A stretch of DNA of 64,000 bases, taken from assembly GCA_964016885.1 (NCBI GenBank), contig OZ024753.1, positions 19,034,001-19,098,000 on the forward strand. Direction: 5' to 3'. Both the position numbers and the translations under genes were made by a program. This DNA is from Eledone cirrhosa (lineage: Eukaryota). Positions 22,205 through 35,114 of this stretch are shown here, in pieces. Below the pieces are notes generated by a model. That model saw only the letters and a program-made list of their open reading frames with translations. It searched no databases and had not been told where the DNA came from. Numbering within the stretch: the first letter of the stretch is position 1; the number at the start of each line of letters is the position of its first letter.

Positions 22205-24712
22205 TTCAATGATATTAAATAAATGGAAACTATATTTATAAAACCATATTTATTCTACTATATATATTTCAAGGGTACCAAAAATTTTGGTACGCTATCA
22301 TCAGATAAAATAAAAAATGTTTTATAAATATTTGACATGACCAAAGATAATATACCTTAACGGTTCAAGTTATCCCTGGAAAGTGAAGGGAAGAGAAAAG
22401 AAAAGTCAGATATTTAAAATTATTAATAATAGTATGCAAATTATGTTTATATTAAAGGGGTGAAAAGACGTTATTTTAGACGCTATGGAAAATTTAAATA
22501 ATTATGATAAGGAAGGAAGAGAAAGAAAAAGAGAGAGGAATAACGTTAATTTGGGGGGAAAATTTGTTACCTATATTATGAGTTATAATATTGTATATAA
22601 ATTATATGAAGACTTATGGTTGTAAGTATTTTTATCTTATTACATTAGGATAGGTTATATGTATATAAATATCTCTATATATATTAATAAGTTGCGTAAG
22701 TATTGATTTTTTATATAAACAAATATGAGTTAGGAAGGATGTTGAAATTTTAAGTTGTGAGATTAGAATAATTTGTCGATACAAAAATGTTCAACATTGA
22801 GAATGTTTTCAGAATATTGTTACTTTAACAAAGCTATATAAATTATCAGACAAACATTGTTAAAGAAGAAGGAAAAGGAAGACCACTAAACGTTAATTTA
22901 GGAGAAATATATTAAGATATTTATCTACATTTATATGGAGAATTATTTATCTTATTATAATAATATATAAATATATATATATATTTTAATAATAGCATAT
23001 GTATATATTATTAAAAGGATGGTTTGTTTATAATATGAGTTACGAGGATGTTGATTTATAAAAAAATTAAAAATAGGTGGTTGTTCATAATATAAGTTAC
23101 TAGGGATATTGATTTTATGTAAATAAACAGGTAGTTTTAATTGATAAGGTTTTAAATTAAATTAACGGAATTATGTATAAAAAGTTTTTATGATTGAAAA
23201 AAGAAAAGATAACTCCGATTTTTTATTAATCGCTAGTGTGGGATTAATTATTTTAGTCTAAAGAAATATGAATATTTAAACATGATCTTGAGTAGGATAC
23301 ATTTTACTAAAAACAGTTACTTGTTATTAATTTACATTTAAAAATTAGCTTTAGAGGGTGTCATTAGAAAAATAAAGAATTAAGAAAAAAGAATTAAATA
23401 ATTTAAAAGTTTAAATTAAAATTAAAATTATATAGAAGTATGACATATATATAAATATCTATACAAATACACACATACATATATATTATAAGACATGTTA
23501 AAGATATTATGATTTAGAGATATTAATATATTAAAAGTATTAAAAATATAAAAAATATAAAATGTTACAGCAGATAGGATCATTTTGGAGATTAATAGGA
23601 ATATTATAAGTATATTATAAGTTACATATAGTTCTGAATGTAGAATTTTGGCAAAGTCTGTGAGAATTAAATATTTCTGTTTTGAGGTTAATAAAGTTTT
23701 TACAATTAATTATATAAAACATTTCTTCAATACATAATTTACAGAATCTTGATAAGACCGCGTTCAGTAAGCAGGTGCTTCTGAAATCGTTTTCCAAGAT
23801 AATGAATAGTCTATATATTTGCTTTTTAAGTTCCATCTAAGATTTGAGAGGGTAGTAGAAGATTTTTTGGCAGATCTTCTAAAAGAATGATTGTGGTTAT
23901 TCCAGCAAAGTTTAAATTCTGTAGAAATGGCACCGACATAGTTGAATATATTATCACTAGTTTTAACTGTACATTTATAAACTATGTTTTTATCTAAACA
24001 CTTATTTTGTAAAGGGCAATTTGATTTCATTCTACAGTTAGATTTTACGGAGATGTTTTTGCTCGGAACGGTACTATTAGGTTGGATATTGCTAGAAATA
24101 TTGCTAGAACAATTATTATTGTTATTATGGTTATTTTGGTTAGGATTTAAATTTAAGTTTCTATTATTAATTCTATTTATATTTTGTGCTATGTTCATAG
24201 TAGTAGAGTAGGATAGTTTTATAGTATGTCTGTTAGAGACTGAGTGGTACCTGTGGGTTTTAGGAAACATTTGTCTAGTGCTTTAAAGAATAGCTTTGCT
24301 AAAGGTGTGTTAACGTTTAATGAGAATGGGGGTGAATATCAAATAATATTTCTAGTTTTAGTTATTTTGTTTGTTTTATAGTTTAAGTTAAATTGTTTAT
24401 TCTTATTATAATTAATAGTAGGGGATTTGCCTTGTTATTGTTGTCAATGTATTTAAATGTATTCGTATACCCTGCTCTATTTAAAGTTTCATTATAATAT
24501 TTAGCCTTATCCTAAAAAATATGTTTATTAGTAGAGATGCGTGAAATTCGTTGCTGGGCGCATTTGACGATAGTGTTCTTAATAGATCTAGGATGATTAG
24601 AGTTAAAATTTACGTAATTTAGATTCTCATTAATGTTAGTTTAAAAAGTTAACAATTTCATATTTAATCTCTATTTCTAACTTAAGGTTATAATCAGTGA
24701 AGAATTGTATTA
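22205..24712 (-). mobile_element. Hydra-like PLE, 5'-truncated and decayed (RT thumb, linker, GIY-YIG EN, AT-rich 3' UTR)
   Basis: VNFLN, YVNFNSNHPRSI, IKLSYSTT, NCRMKSNCPLQNKCL..IVYKCTV..YVGA, CKLC motifs with stops and frameshifts. Confidence 0.85.
22253..22310 (-). ncRNA. Type I hammerhead ribozyme
   Basis: ttttat-CTGATGA-tagc gtaccaaa att tttggtac cctt-GAAA-tatata-TA-gtagaa. Confidence 0.78.
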
Positions 24713-24835
24713 TATATACGAGTATATATATATACAAGTATATATATATATATATACGAGTATATATATATATATACGAGCATATATATATACGAATATA
24801 TATATATATATATACGAGTATATATATATATACGA

Positions 24836-24982
<147 letters not shown>

Positions 24983-25104
24983 TATATACGAGTATATAGT
25001 TCCTCAGAGAAATAACAATATAACCAGGAACTAGACATATCAGAGTATTGACAAAATTATACACCTCAACAACGTATGTACGTGGCTATACCACACTAAT
25101 TCGG

Positions 25105-25159
25105 ACTGCCTGAAGAGGTCACAGCCAAAGGTGGCTGTCACTGAAATATATATAACAGT
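25105..25159 (+). ncRNA. Type I hammerhead ribozyme
   Basis: actgc-CTGAAGA-ggtc acagcca aagg tggctgt cact-GAAA-tatata-TA-acagt. Confidence 0.75.
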
Positions 25160-25314
25160 AATAAACGAAGGTAAATTTTAAACATTTGACTTTTTATATA
25201 ACTTTATTTTACATTACTCCAGAGTAACCAAACCAAACTGCGCACTTCGTCGAGTGCTCCAGCCTGCATACTAGGTGCTGATATACAACCAACATATGCT
25301 AAAAATATATACGA

Positions 25315-25442
<128 letters not shown>

Positions 25443-25529
25443 GTATATATATATATATATATATATAAAATATTAAAAAAATAAGGAATAAAACAATGAA
25501 ACAGTTCCTTATATTAAACAAAAAAAGTT

Positions 25530-25678
25530 CATTATTTAACGATCGTTTCTAGGACATATATGTGTTAGAATTGGCATGCATATTCAACAGATCTATGTAC
25601 AAAATTATACAAAATTATACAAACTATCAAATTTAATATACATACCAACACATATATATGCCGTCTTCAGAAATAATG
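25530..25678 (-). ncRNA. Hammerhead ribozyme with 114-nt stem II (inverted copy)
   Basis: Reverse complement of 31819-31967. Confidence 0.75.
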
Positions 25679-26472
25679 AAATACATTTATTGATAATAAC
25701 AACAATTCAAAATTACAGGTCTGTTTGGGAACAGAGTTCAAATTGACCAATGAAATACACAGAAATATGTCCAGAAAATACAGTTAGGTGTGTGTATATA
25801 TGTAAGTAACTTCGTTCACATATATGCATAAAAATATATGTTCACATGCATACGCATGTCGAAAAAATGTATGTAAATACAAAAATTCAGGGCTAATGTC
25901 TCTGTATGTTTATAATCTACAGATAAAATACATATACGTATATAAACATATATACATTCATATATACACACATAAACATACATTCACACACACACGCGCA
26001 TATACGCATAAACATACACATAACCACGAACATACACACACACCCACACACACACACACACATATATGTGTATATATTATTATCATAAGCATATGGACAT
26101 TAAGGCACGCACATAAGCACTGCCACATATATTTAGGTCCAGATACAGAAAGTAGGTGGGGGGGGGTCAGTATTTACGTGTGTCAGACAAACTGCCTATT
26201 TAAAAATGTATCTATAAATTTAGAAATAAAAAGAAGAATATTAAAAATATATATATATATAAACAAGTAAAATATAAAATACACATCCATATATATACAT
26301 ATATATACATACACATATACATACACATATATATATATATATATACACATATATATACATATATATACACACACATATATACAGAGACACATACATATAC
26401 ACATATAAATACATAGACACATATACATACACAAATATATATACATACATATATACACATTCACAACACACA

Positions 26473-26514
<42 letters not shown>

Positions 26515-26601
26515 CACACATGTACACACACATATACACATACATACCCATATATACATATATATACACACACACATACACACACACATATAGACACACA
26601 C

Positions 26602-26657
<56 letters not shown>

Positions 26658-26749
26658 CTACATACATACACATACATATACACATACACACATACACATA
26701 CATATACGCATATATACACACACACACACATATACATATATATACACAC

Positions 26750-26822
<73 letters not shown>

Positions 26823-26843
26823 CTCATATACATATATATAAAA

Positions 26844-26874
<31 letters not shown>

Positions 26875-26900
26875 ATACACACAGTCAGACAATTATGCAC

Positions 26901-26953
<53 letters not shown>

Positions 26954-26972
26954 CACTCATCAACTACAAATG

Positions 26973-27004
<32 letters not shown>

Positions 27005-27107
27005 CAATCACATATACACGCACACATACGCGTATATGTACACACACACACATACATACACATATATATATACATATATACACACACACACACATACATA
27101 CATATAT

Positions 27108-27174
<67 letters not shown>

Positions 27175-28649
27175 ATCATACACCCTTATTTACATGCGCA
27201 CATATGTATTTTTATACTCACATACAAGCACCCAAACATACATACCTACCTACATATACATACGTACATCCACGCTTACAAATACAAATAATTATAGGGG
27301 GGGGGGGATTATAGTAAATATAGGTTTCAAGGAACATAGAATATTAAATTGCATCTAGATCATAATATATGTTTACATAGTAGTTTCAGTATTAGGAAAT
27401 GTAAGAAAGAAAGCAAAATTATGCATTTTAATATAAGTAGACTATTAATTATAGGTTAACTTAATTAAAAATAGTTAATATATTGATTTCTAAGGTGTAT
27501 ACTACTTAGGTTTATAATTTTTGAAGCGGAATGTTGAAGTTAAACAGTAGTAGAGTATTAATTATAGCATAACTAAATTAAAAATATTAACATTATGGTA
27601 TCAATATTAGGAAATGAATTTAGCAATAGGGAAAAAAAAACCAAAACAAGTATTTCATCGGTAGTAGAATATAAATTATAGGTTAACTAAATTAAAAATT
27701 ATATATTAATTTCTATAGTATATGTTAATTAGGTTTATAATAATTAAAACAGATTTTGTATTTTATCTATAGTAAAATGTGATTATAGGTTAACAAAAAA
27801 TAAAAAATAAAAAATAAAAAATAAAAATTATATATATATATATATATATATTTAATTGTATAGAATATATTAATTAGGTATATATTTAAAATTTTTCCCA
27901 GTTTATGATTACATGATATTCTGCAATCCATCTGTATTAGAATTTTAATTTTAAGCTAATTAAAATAAAATTTTAGGTTAACTAAATTAAAATTAAATTA
28001 TAAATATATTTCTAAATTGTACATTAATTAGGTTTATAATATAAAAAATATTTCTCTGTCATTGATTACACGCTATTTTGTACTATTTCATCTGTAAAGG
28101 AATTTTAATAAAAGGTTAAATAAACTAAAATTAATCTATAAATTAATTTACAAAGTATATATTAATTATGTTAATAATTTTTAAAAGTTTTTCACAATTT
28201 ATGATTACACAATATTTTATAATCTCAACTGTAGTAGAATTTTAATTAAATTAAATTTATAGGTTAACTAACATTTAAATTAAATTATATATTAATTTCT
28301 AAAATTATATTATTAATTAGGTTTATAATATTTAAATGTTTTTCTTAGTTTATGATTACACGATATAATTAATTCCTGTCGCTTATTTAATAGGATATCC
28401 TTAGATTTCATTATTTCAAATAGTTCTTGGGAACATAATCTACATCCATTTCTATTATTTTGATAAGGGGTGGCTCTTTTGAGCACACTCCAGGTCATAT
28501 CATATTCTATATTCTTATTTTTATAACTATTGATTTTTTCTGCTAGAGATGTTGTATTAGCTAGTGCGGCATTTTTAAAACTATGTTTGTGGGTATTAAA
28601 CCTTACCTTAAAATTGTTAGAAGTAGCCAAAAAATTGTTAGAAGTAACC

Positions 28650-29195
28650 AAAAACATAAAACAAAATATAAGTGCCTGTAATGCATATAAATGTAAGAAT
28701 ACCATAAGTATACCACCAATACATCAAACTAACCATAATATCTCCTCAAATACAGAATTAACGAAAGGTTGTAACTGTAGAAACAAAGCAATCTGCCCAT
28801 TAAAAGGAAATTGTCTTGTTAACAACATAGTTTATAAATGTAATGTTAAAACTAAAGATTCTATTTGCTCATATATAGGAGCTACTTCTAACAATTTTAA
28901 GGTAAGGTTTAATACCCACAAACATAGTTTTAAAAATGCCGCACTAGCTAATACAACATCTCTATCAGAAAAAATCAATAGTTATAAAAATAAGAATATA
29001 GAATATGATATGACCTAGAGTGTGCTCAAAAGAGCCACCCCTTATCAAAATAATAGAAATGAATGTAGATTATGTTCCCAAGAACTATTTGAAATAATGA
29101 AATCTAAGGATATCCTATTAAATAAGCGACAGGAATTAATTATATCGTGTAATCATAAACTAAGGAAAACATTTAAATATTATAAACCTAATTAA
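28650..29195 (+). pseudogene. GIY-YIG endonuclease fragment with TGG>TAG stop at 29016-29018
   Basis: GCNCRNKAICPLKGNCL..IVYKC..YIGAT..RFNTHKHSF..CRLC..LLNKRQEL..CNHK; the inverted arm retains Trp. Confidence 0.88.
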
Positions 29196-29654
29196 TAATA
29201 TAATTTTAGAAATTAATATATAATTTAATTTAAATGTTAGTTAACCTATAAATTTAATTTAATTAAAATTCTACTACAGTTGAGATTATAAAATATTGTG
29301 TAATCATAAATTGTGAAAAACTTTTAAATATTATTAACATAATTAATATATCCTTTGTAAATTAATTTATAGATTAATTTTAGTTTATTTAACCTTTTAT
29401 TAAAATTCCTTTACAGATGAAATATAACACAATAGCGTGTAATCAATGACAGAGAAATATTTTTTAATATTATAAATCTAATTAATGTACAATTTAGAAA
29501 TATATTTATAATTTAATTTCAATTTAGTTAACCTAAAATTTTATTTTAATTAGCTTAAAATTAAAATTCTAATACAGATGGATTGCAGAATATCATGTAA
29601 TCATAAACTGAGAAAAAATTTAAATATATACCTAATTAATATATTCTTTACAAT

Positions 29655-29722
<68 letters not shown>

Positions 29723-30374
29723 TTTTTATTTTTTATTTTTTATTTTTTATTTTTTGTTAACCTATAATCACATTTTACTATAGATAAAATACAAACTATG
29801 TTTTAATTATTATAAACCTAATTAACAAATACTATAGAAATTAATATATAATTTTTAATTTAGTAAACCTATAATTTATATTCTACTACCGATGAAATAC
29901 TTGTTTTGGTTTTTTTCCCTATTACTAAATTCATTTCCTAATATTGATACCATAATGTTAATATTTTTAATTTAGTTATGCTATAATTAATACTCTACTA
30001 CTGTTTAACTTCGAAATTCCGCTTCAAAAATTATAAACCTAAGTAGTATACACCTTAGAAATCAATATATTAACTATTTTTAATTTAGTTAACCTATAAT
30101 TAATAGTCTACTTATATTAAAATGCATAATTTTGCTTTCTTTCTTACATTTCCTAATACTGAAACTACTTTGTAAACATATATTATGATCTAGATGCAAT
30201 TTAATATTCTATGTTCCTTGAAACCTATATTTACTATAATCCCCCCCCCCCTATAATTATTTGTATTTGTAAGCGTGGATGTACGTATGTATATGTAGGT
30301 AGGTATGTATGTTTGTGGTGCTTGTATGTGAGTATAAAAATACATATGTGCGCATGTAAATAAGGGTGTATGAT

Positions 30375-30425
<51 letters not shown>

Positions 30426-30569
30426 GTATATGTATGTATGTGTGTGTGTATATATATGTATATATATATGTCTATGTATGTGTGTGTGTGTATATATACG
30501 CGTATGTGTGCGTGTATATGTGAGTGTATATATATATATATATATATATACATTTGTAGTTGATGAGTG

Positions 30570-30608
<39 letters not shown>

Positions 30609-30682
30609 GTGCATATTTGTCTGACTGTGTGTATTTATTTATTTATTTATTTATTTATTTATTTTATATATATGTATATGAG

Positions 30683-30751
<69 letters not shown>

Positions 30752-31018
30752 GTGTGTATATATATGTATGTATATGTGTGTGTGTGTGTGTGTGTATATA
30801 TATTTATGTGTGTGTATATATATCTATATATATATATATAAATATATATATATATGTATATGTGTGTATGTATATCTCTTTATTTATGTATGTCTGAGTT
30901 GTGTGAGCGTGTAGTTGTATGTGTATATGCATACATGGATGTGTGTGTGTGTGTATATATGCGTATATGTATGTGTATGTGTATGTGTGTGTGTGTATAT
31001 GTATGTGTATGTATGTAG

Positions 31019-31082
<64 letters not shown>

Positions 31083-31125
31083 ATGTATGTGTCTCTGTAT
31101 ATATGTGTGTGTATATATATGTATA

Positions 31126-31166
<41 letters not shown>

Positions 31167-31818
31167 ATGTATATGTGTATGTATATATATATGTATATAT
31201 ATCGATGTGTATTTTATATTTTACTTGTTTATATATATATATTTTTTTAATATTCTTCTTTTTATTTCTAAATGTATAGATACATTTTTAAATAGGCAGT
31301 TTGTCTGACACACGTAAATACTGACCGCCCCCCACCTACTTTCTGTATCTGGACCTAAATATATGTGGCAGTGCTTATGTGCGTGCCTTAATGTCCATAT
31401 GCTTATGATAATAATATATACACATATATGTGTGTGTGTGTGTGGGGGTGTGTGTGTGTGTGTATGTTCGTGGTTATGTGTATGTTTATGCGTATATGCG
31501 CGTGTGTGTGTGAATGTATGTTTAAGTGTGTATATATGAATGTATATATGTTTATATACGTATATGTATTTTATCTGTAGATTATAAACATACAGAGACA
31601 TTAGCCCTGAATTTTTGTATTTACATACATTTTTTCGACATGCGTATGCATGTGAACATATATTTTTATACATATATGTGAACGAAGTTACTTACATATA
31701 TACACACACCTAACTGTATTTTCTGGACATATTTCTGTGTATTTCATTGGTCAATTTGAACTCTGTTCCCAAACAGACCTGTAATTTTGAATTGTTGTTA
31801 TTATCAATAAATATATTT

Positions 31819-31967
31819 CATTATTTCTGAAGACGGCATATATATGTGTTGGTATGTATATTAAATTTGATAGTTTGTATAATTTTGTATAATTTTGTAC
31901 ATAGATCTGTTGAATATGCATGCCAATTCTAACACATATATGTCCCAGAAACGATCGTTAAATAATG
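31819..31967 (+). ncRNA. Hammerhead ribozyme with 114-nt stem II
   Basis: cattattt-CTGAAGA-[114 nt incl. atatatgtgttgg/ctaacacatatat]-GAAA-cgatcg-TT-aaataatg; 8-bp stem I; palindromic stem III. Confidence 0.78.
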
Positions 31968-32183
31968 AACTTTTTTTGTTTAATATAAGGAACTGTTTCA
32001 TTGTTTTATTCATTATTTTTTAAATATTTTATCTTGACTCTGTATTCCATTTATCTTTCACCGGAAGTGATTTTTGAATGCATCTCTTTTTTCCATGATA
32101 TCAAGATTACATTGAGTTCTTCATACGGATTGGACACTACCGTAAACTCTTGGTAGATTCATCTACATAAATATATATATATA

Positions 32184-32223
<40 letters not shown>

Positions 32224-32233
32224 TATATATATA

Positions 32234-32276
<43 letters not shown>

Positions 32277-32281
<5 letters not shown>

Positions 32282-32606
32282 GGGGCTCCCAAAAGAGCAC
32301 TGAGTGCAATGTCAACTCTGGATGTCGGTGAGCATGTTCAGCTAACCTCAGTCTCCTCTGTGTCACTTTTGAGCTGATATTTGGGAGGCTCCCATACAGC
32401 TCTGAGTTTTTCATCCTCAGTGTATACTGATTAATGTTCAGAGCCATCCTCATGGACACACTAGAAGAAGACCAAGGTTAACGTATGTTGATGCCCTAAG
32501 GACAGACACAGGTCTGTTGGAGACGCAGGACATGGCAGCGACAATGAGGGACAGATACGGCTGGAGAGAACTCGTCCATGGATCTCGGGAATTTTACCCG
32601 CCTTAG
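32277..32606. mobile_element. RTE 3' fragment with 5' inversion
   Basis: 32277-32452 (-) and 32451-32606 (+) are adjacent segments of the consensus (..GAGCCCCTA|CATGGACACACT..). Confidence 0.88.
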
Positions 32607-32649
32607 AATATATATATATATATACGAGTATGTAGATATATATATGTAG

Positions 32650-32682
<33 letters not shown>

Positions 32683-32694
32683 TATACATATATA

Positions 32695-33484
32695 TGTATC
32701 CCATTTGCAACGCCGCAGCTCCATTATTATCATCATATTTACACATATAATTTTTCCATGCTGCCTTCGTCTGTTTCGTTCATTGTATCTTTACCACTTC
32801 TAGCAGTCTCCCTCTCTGTTTACCTCTCCTCAACTTTCACTCACTCATTCTCTGTCACTACCTCTCCTCCTCCTCTTTCCTCCTCCTCCTTCAAGTTTGA
32901 CCTGTGTGTAATTCTTTTCTCGCGCATTCTTGACCGAGCTGGTATGGAATTGTTTCTCTCTCTCTTTCGTCTGCGACTTCACAAAACTTGCGTTTACCGA
33001 ATTCGTAGACCAGACCCCCTTATCTTCTTCTTCTTCTTCTTCTTCTTCTTCTTCTTCTTCTTCTTCTTCTTCTTCTTCTTCTTCTTCTTCTTCTTCTTCT
33101 TCTTCTTCTTCTTCTTCTTCTTCTTCTTCTTCTTCTTCTTCTTCCTCTTCTCTCCTTTCTCTCTATCTCTCTCTCTCTTTTTTCCCCCCCGTCAAACTTG
33201 GGCGAAATTCTTTCCTTGCCCTCATTTCTACCAGGTTCGATGGTCTTTCGTCTCTTGTTCACGATTTCACAGAGTTTATATTCATAGAGATCTGGGACTT
33301 GTCTATTTCTACTCACTTTCCGTTGCTTAAACCCTTTTGTTGTTACTCTAGCGTCCCCCTTTATTTACGTGTCCCAACGACTTTTTTTAGCCTTTGTTCG
33401 CACCAACCTGAGGCATATGGCCCTTAAAGCGATGAAATGCCGAGGACGGTTGGTGGGTCACTGATGAAGGACTCACTTTTTCAT
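32695..33484 (+). mobile_element. Family Z non-coding pyrimidine-rich element, one unit, with internal (TTC)n expansion (33023-33144)
   Basis: Colinear with 42990-43626; flanked by (TA)n on both sides. Confidence 0.75.
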
Positions 33485-33556
33485 ATATATATATATATAT
33501 ATAAAAATTTTAGTAAGTAAGTAAGTTAATTTTTTAAAATTTTCTTATTTTACGTC

Positions 33557-33596
<40 letters not shown>

Positions 33597-33627
33597 AAGA
33601 ATCAAAGAACTGTTCAAAACATTATTG

Positions 33628-33674
33628 TGCTTACAGCTGTTTCCTCCAAACCGAGGTTTGGATTCTTCGGAGCA
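33628..33674 (-). ncRNA. Hammerhead motif, CCGAAGA (U4C) variant
   Basis: Identical to 40685-40731, inverted. Confidence 0.72.
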
Positions 33675-35114
33675 ATTTATTAATGCATGGACAGTTATAT
33701 GACCTCCTTTTCAGCCGAGAGACATACCAATACATATTCAAACATTGATACATATTCAAACATTGATACATATTCAAACATTGTGGGTCAACTTTCATTA
33801 CAGAATTTAGAGTGGCAGTACACACTTCGAGATTACATTTATATTAATAGGTACAATCAAAAATCAAAGATATAGGTTAAAGTACAACATGAAGATAAGT
33901 GGTTATATAGTGCAAATGTTATATGTGTGGCACGCATGTGCGTCTTGTTTATATAGTGTGGCAGAGAGATATGTGTGGTAGAGGCACTTAGGTAGGCAAA
34001 TAAGAGTGTTAGGTTGGTAGATCTGGTGGCAAAGTCTTTATATGATTGATATAGTCTGTGTGTGGAGAAATATTATAAGCATTAAAGATAGTGCAAGCAT
34101 TAAAAGTGTTATAAGTATTGGAGATGCACAGCGCAGGGATGTCAAGTAATTCATGTACTTCGGCATTTTCATGGTCAAGGGAGTGTATATTTCGATTATA
34201 TGCCTTTCACATAATCCACGACAATCCAGTTAGAGATCGTAGTCTGGTGTTCTTTAGTTCGATACAGGAGGTTGTTACGTTTCGAGAGACGCCATTGAAT
34301 ACCGGAAGTGTGTGTGTGGCTAAGGGGAGTTAATGCATGCGGGGAGGTAACTCTGGGGTTTCTATATCTAGCCATTAAAATGTGTCCCAATATAGACCCT
34401 AAATTCTATGGTGAGGAGCACCTTCCAAGAGAGGCTTTTAAAGCATAAAGTGTACTAACTATAGAGTAGTTTAACTAAATTATGCTGAAGGTGATCATAT
34501 TATTATTAAGGTGGATTAACCCATCATAAGGTGCTACAAATGGAAATTATAGATGATGAGCGAGGATTCTAAATTAATGATCTCTGTGGTTGTAGTCTGC
34601 TCATATGACCAGGCGCGGTGATTGCAGGATTGCTTCAGGACCCAATGATCTCTGGTAAGATCTGGGTCATCACTTGCTACATTGGATGTCGAAAGATAAT
34701 CGTCCCCAGGCAGGCCAAAGGTCAATCCGCAGTCCTCGCGACCCCTCTCTGACCGTCAGATCATCCATATACGTACAACCCGCACGGCAGTTGCATTGCA
34801 TTCACTCACTGCGCTCAGCAGCCCGGTCCTACTGGTCAACAGCGCTACTCGATTAAATCATTTTACAGCTGTCTAAGGAAGGTGTTTCCTCTGCCCAACA
34901 CCATCCAACCGATCAATTCATGCTCAAATTACCCTTAGAGCGGTGTAGTGCCGTCCAAGTGGGTGGATGTTGTCACACCTGCCGTAGAGGTATAAATGGG
35001 TATTTTCCCTGCGAAGGGTTCCAGAGGGATGTCGTTGTTTGTGTTATAATGGATCAGCTAGTGTTGGGTATGTAGTATAGGGTGTGTCTCTGGTGTTTGA
35101 TGCTAGATGTGGTG

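Larger units (their letters stand above)
25465..32165. mobile_element. Giant fold-back of a 5'-truncated Hydra-like PLE (~3.1-kb arms)
   Basis: 25465-28626 is the reverse complement of 28881-32032; EN coding sequence at the centre, HHRs near both outer ends. Confidence 0.9.

Noticed and set aside
32662-33427. Poly-Phe, poly-Ser and poly-Arg ORFs
   Set aside because: Produced by a (TTC)n expansion absent from the homologous family Z copy at ~43310.
33418-33475. Pistol or twister ribozyme (GCCCTTAAAGCG; stem followed by TAA)
   Set aside because: The required pseudoknot partner loops are absent; kept only as an unassigned junction.
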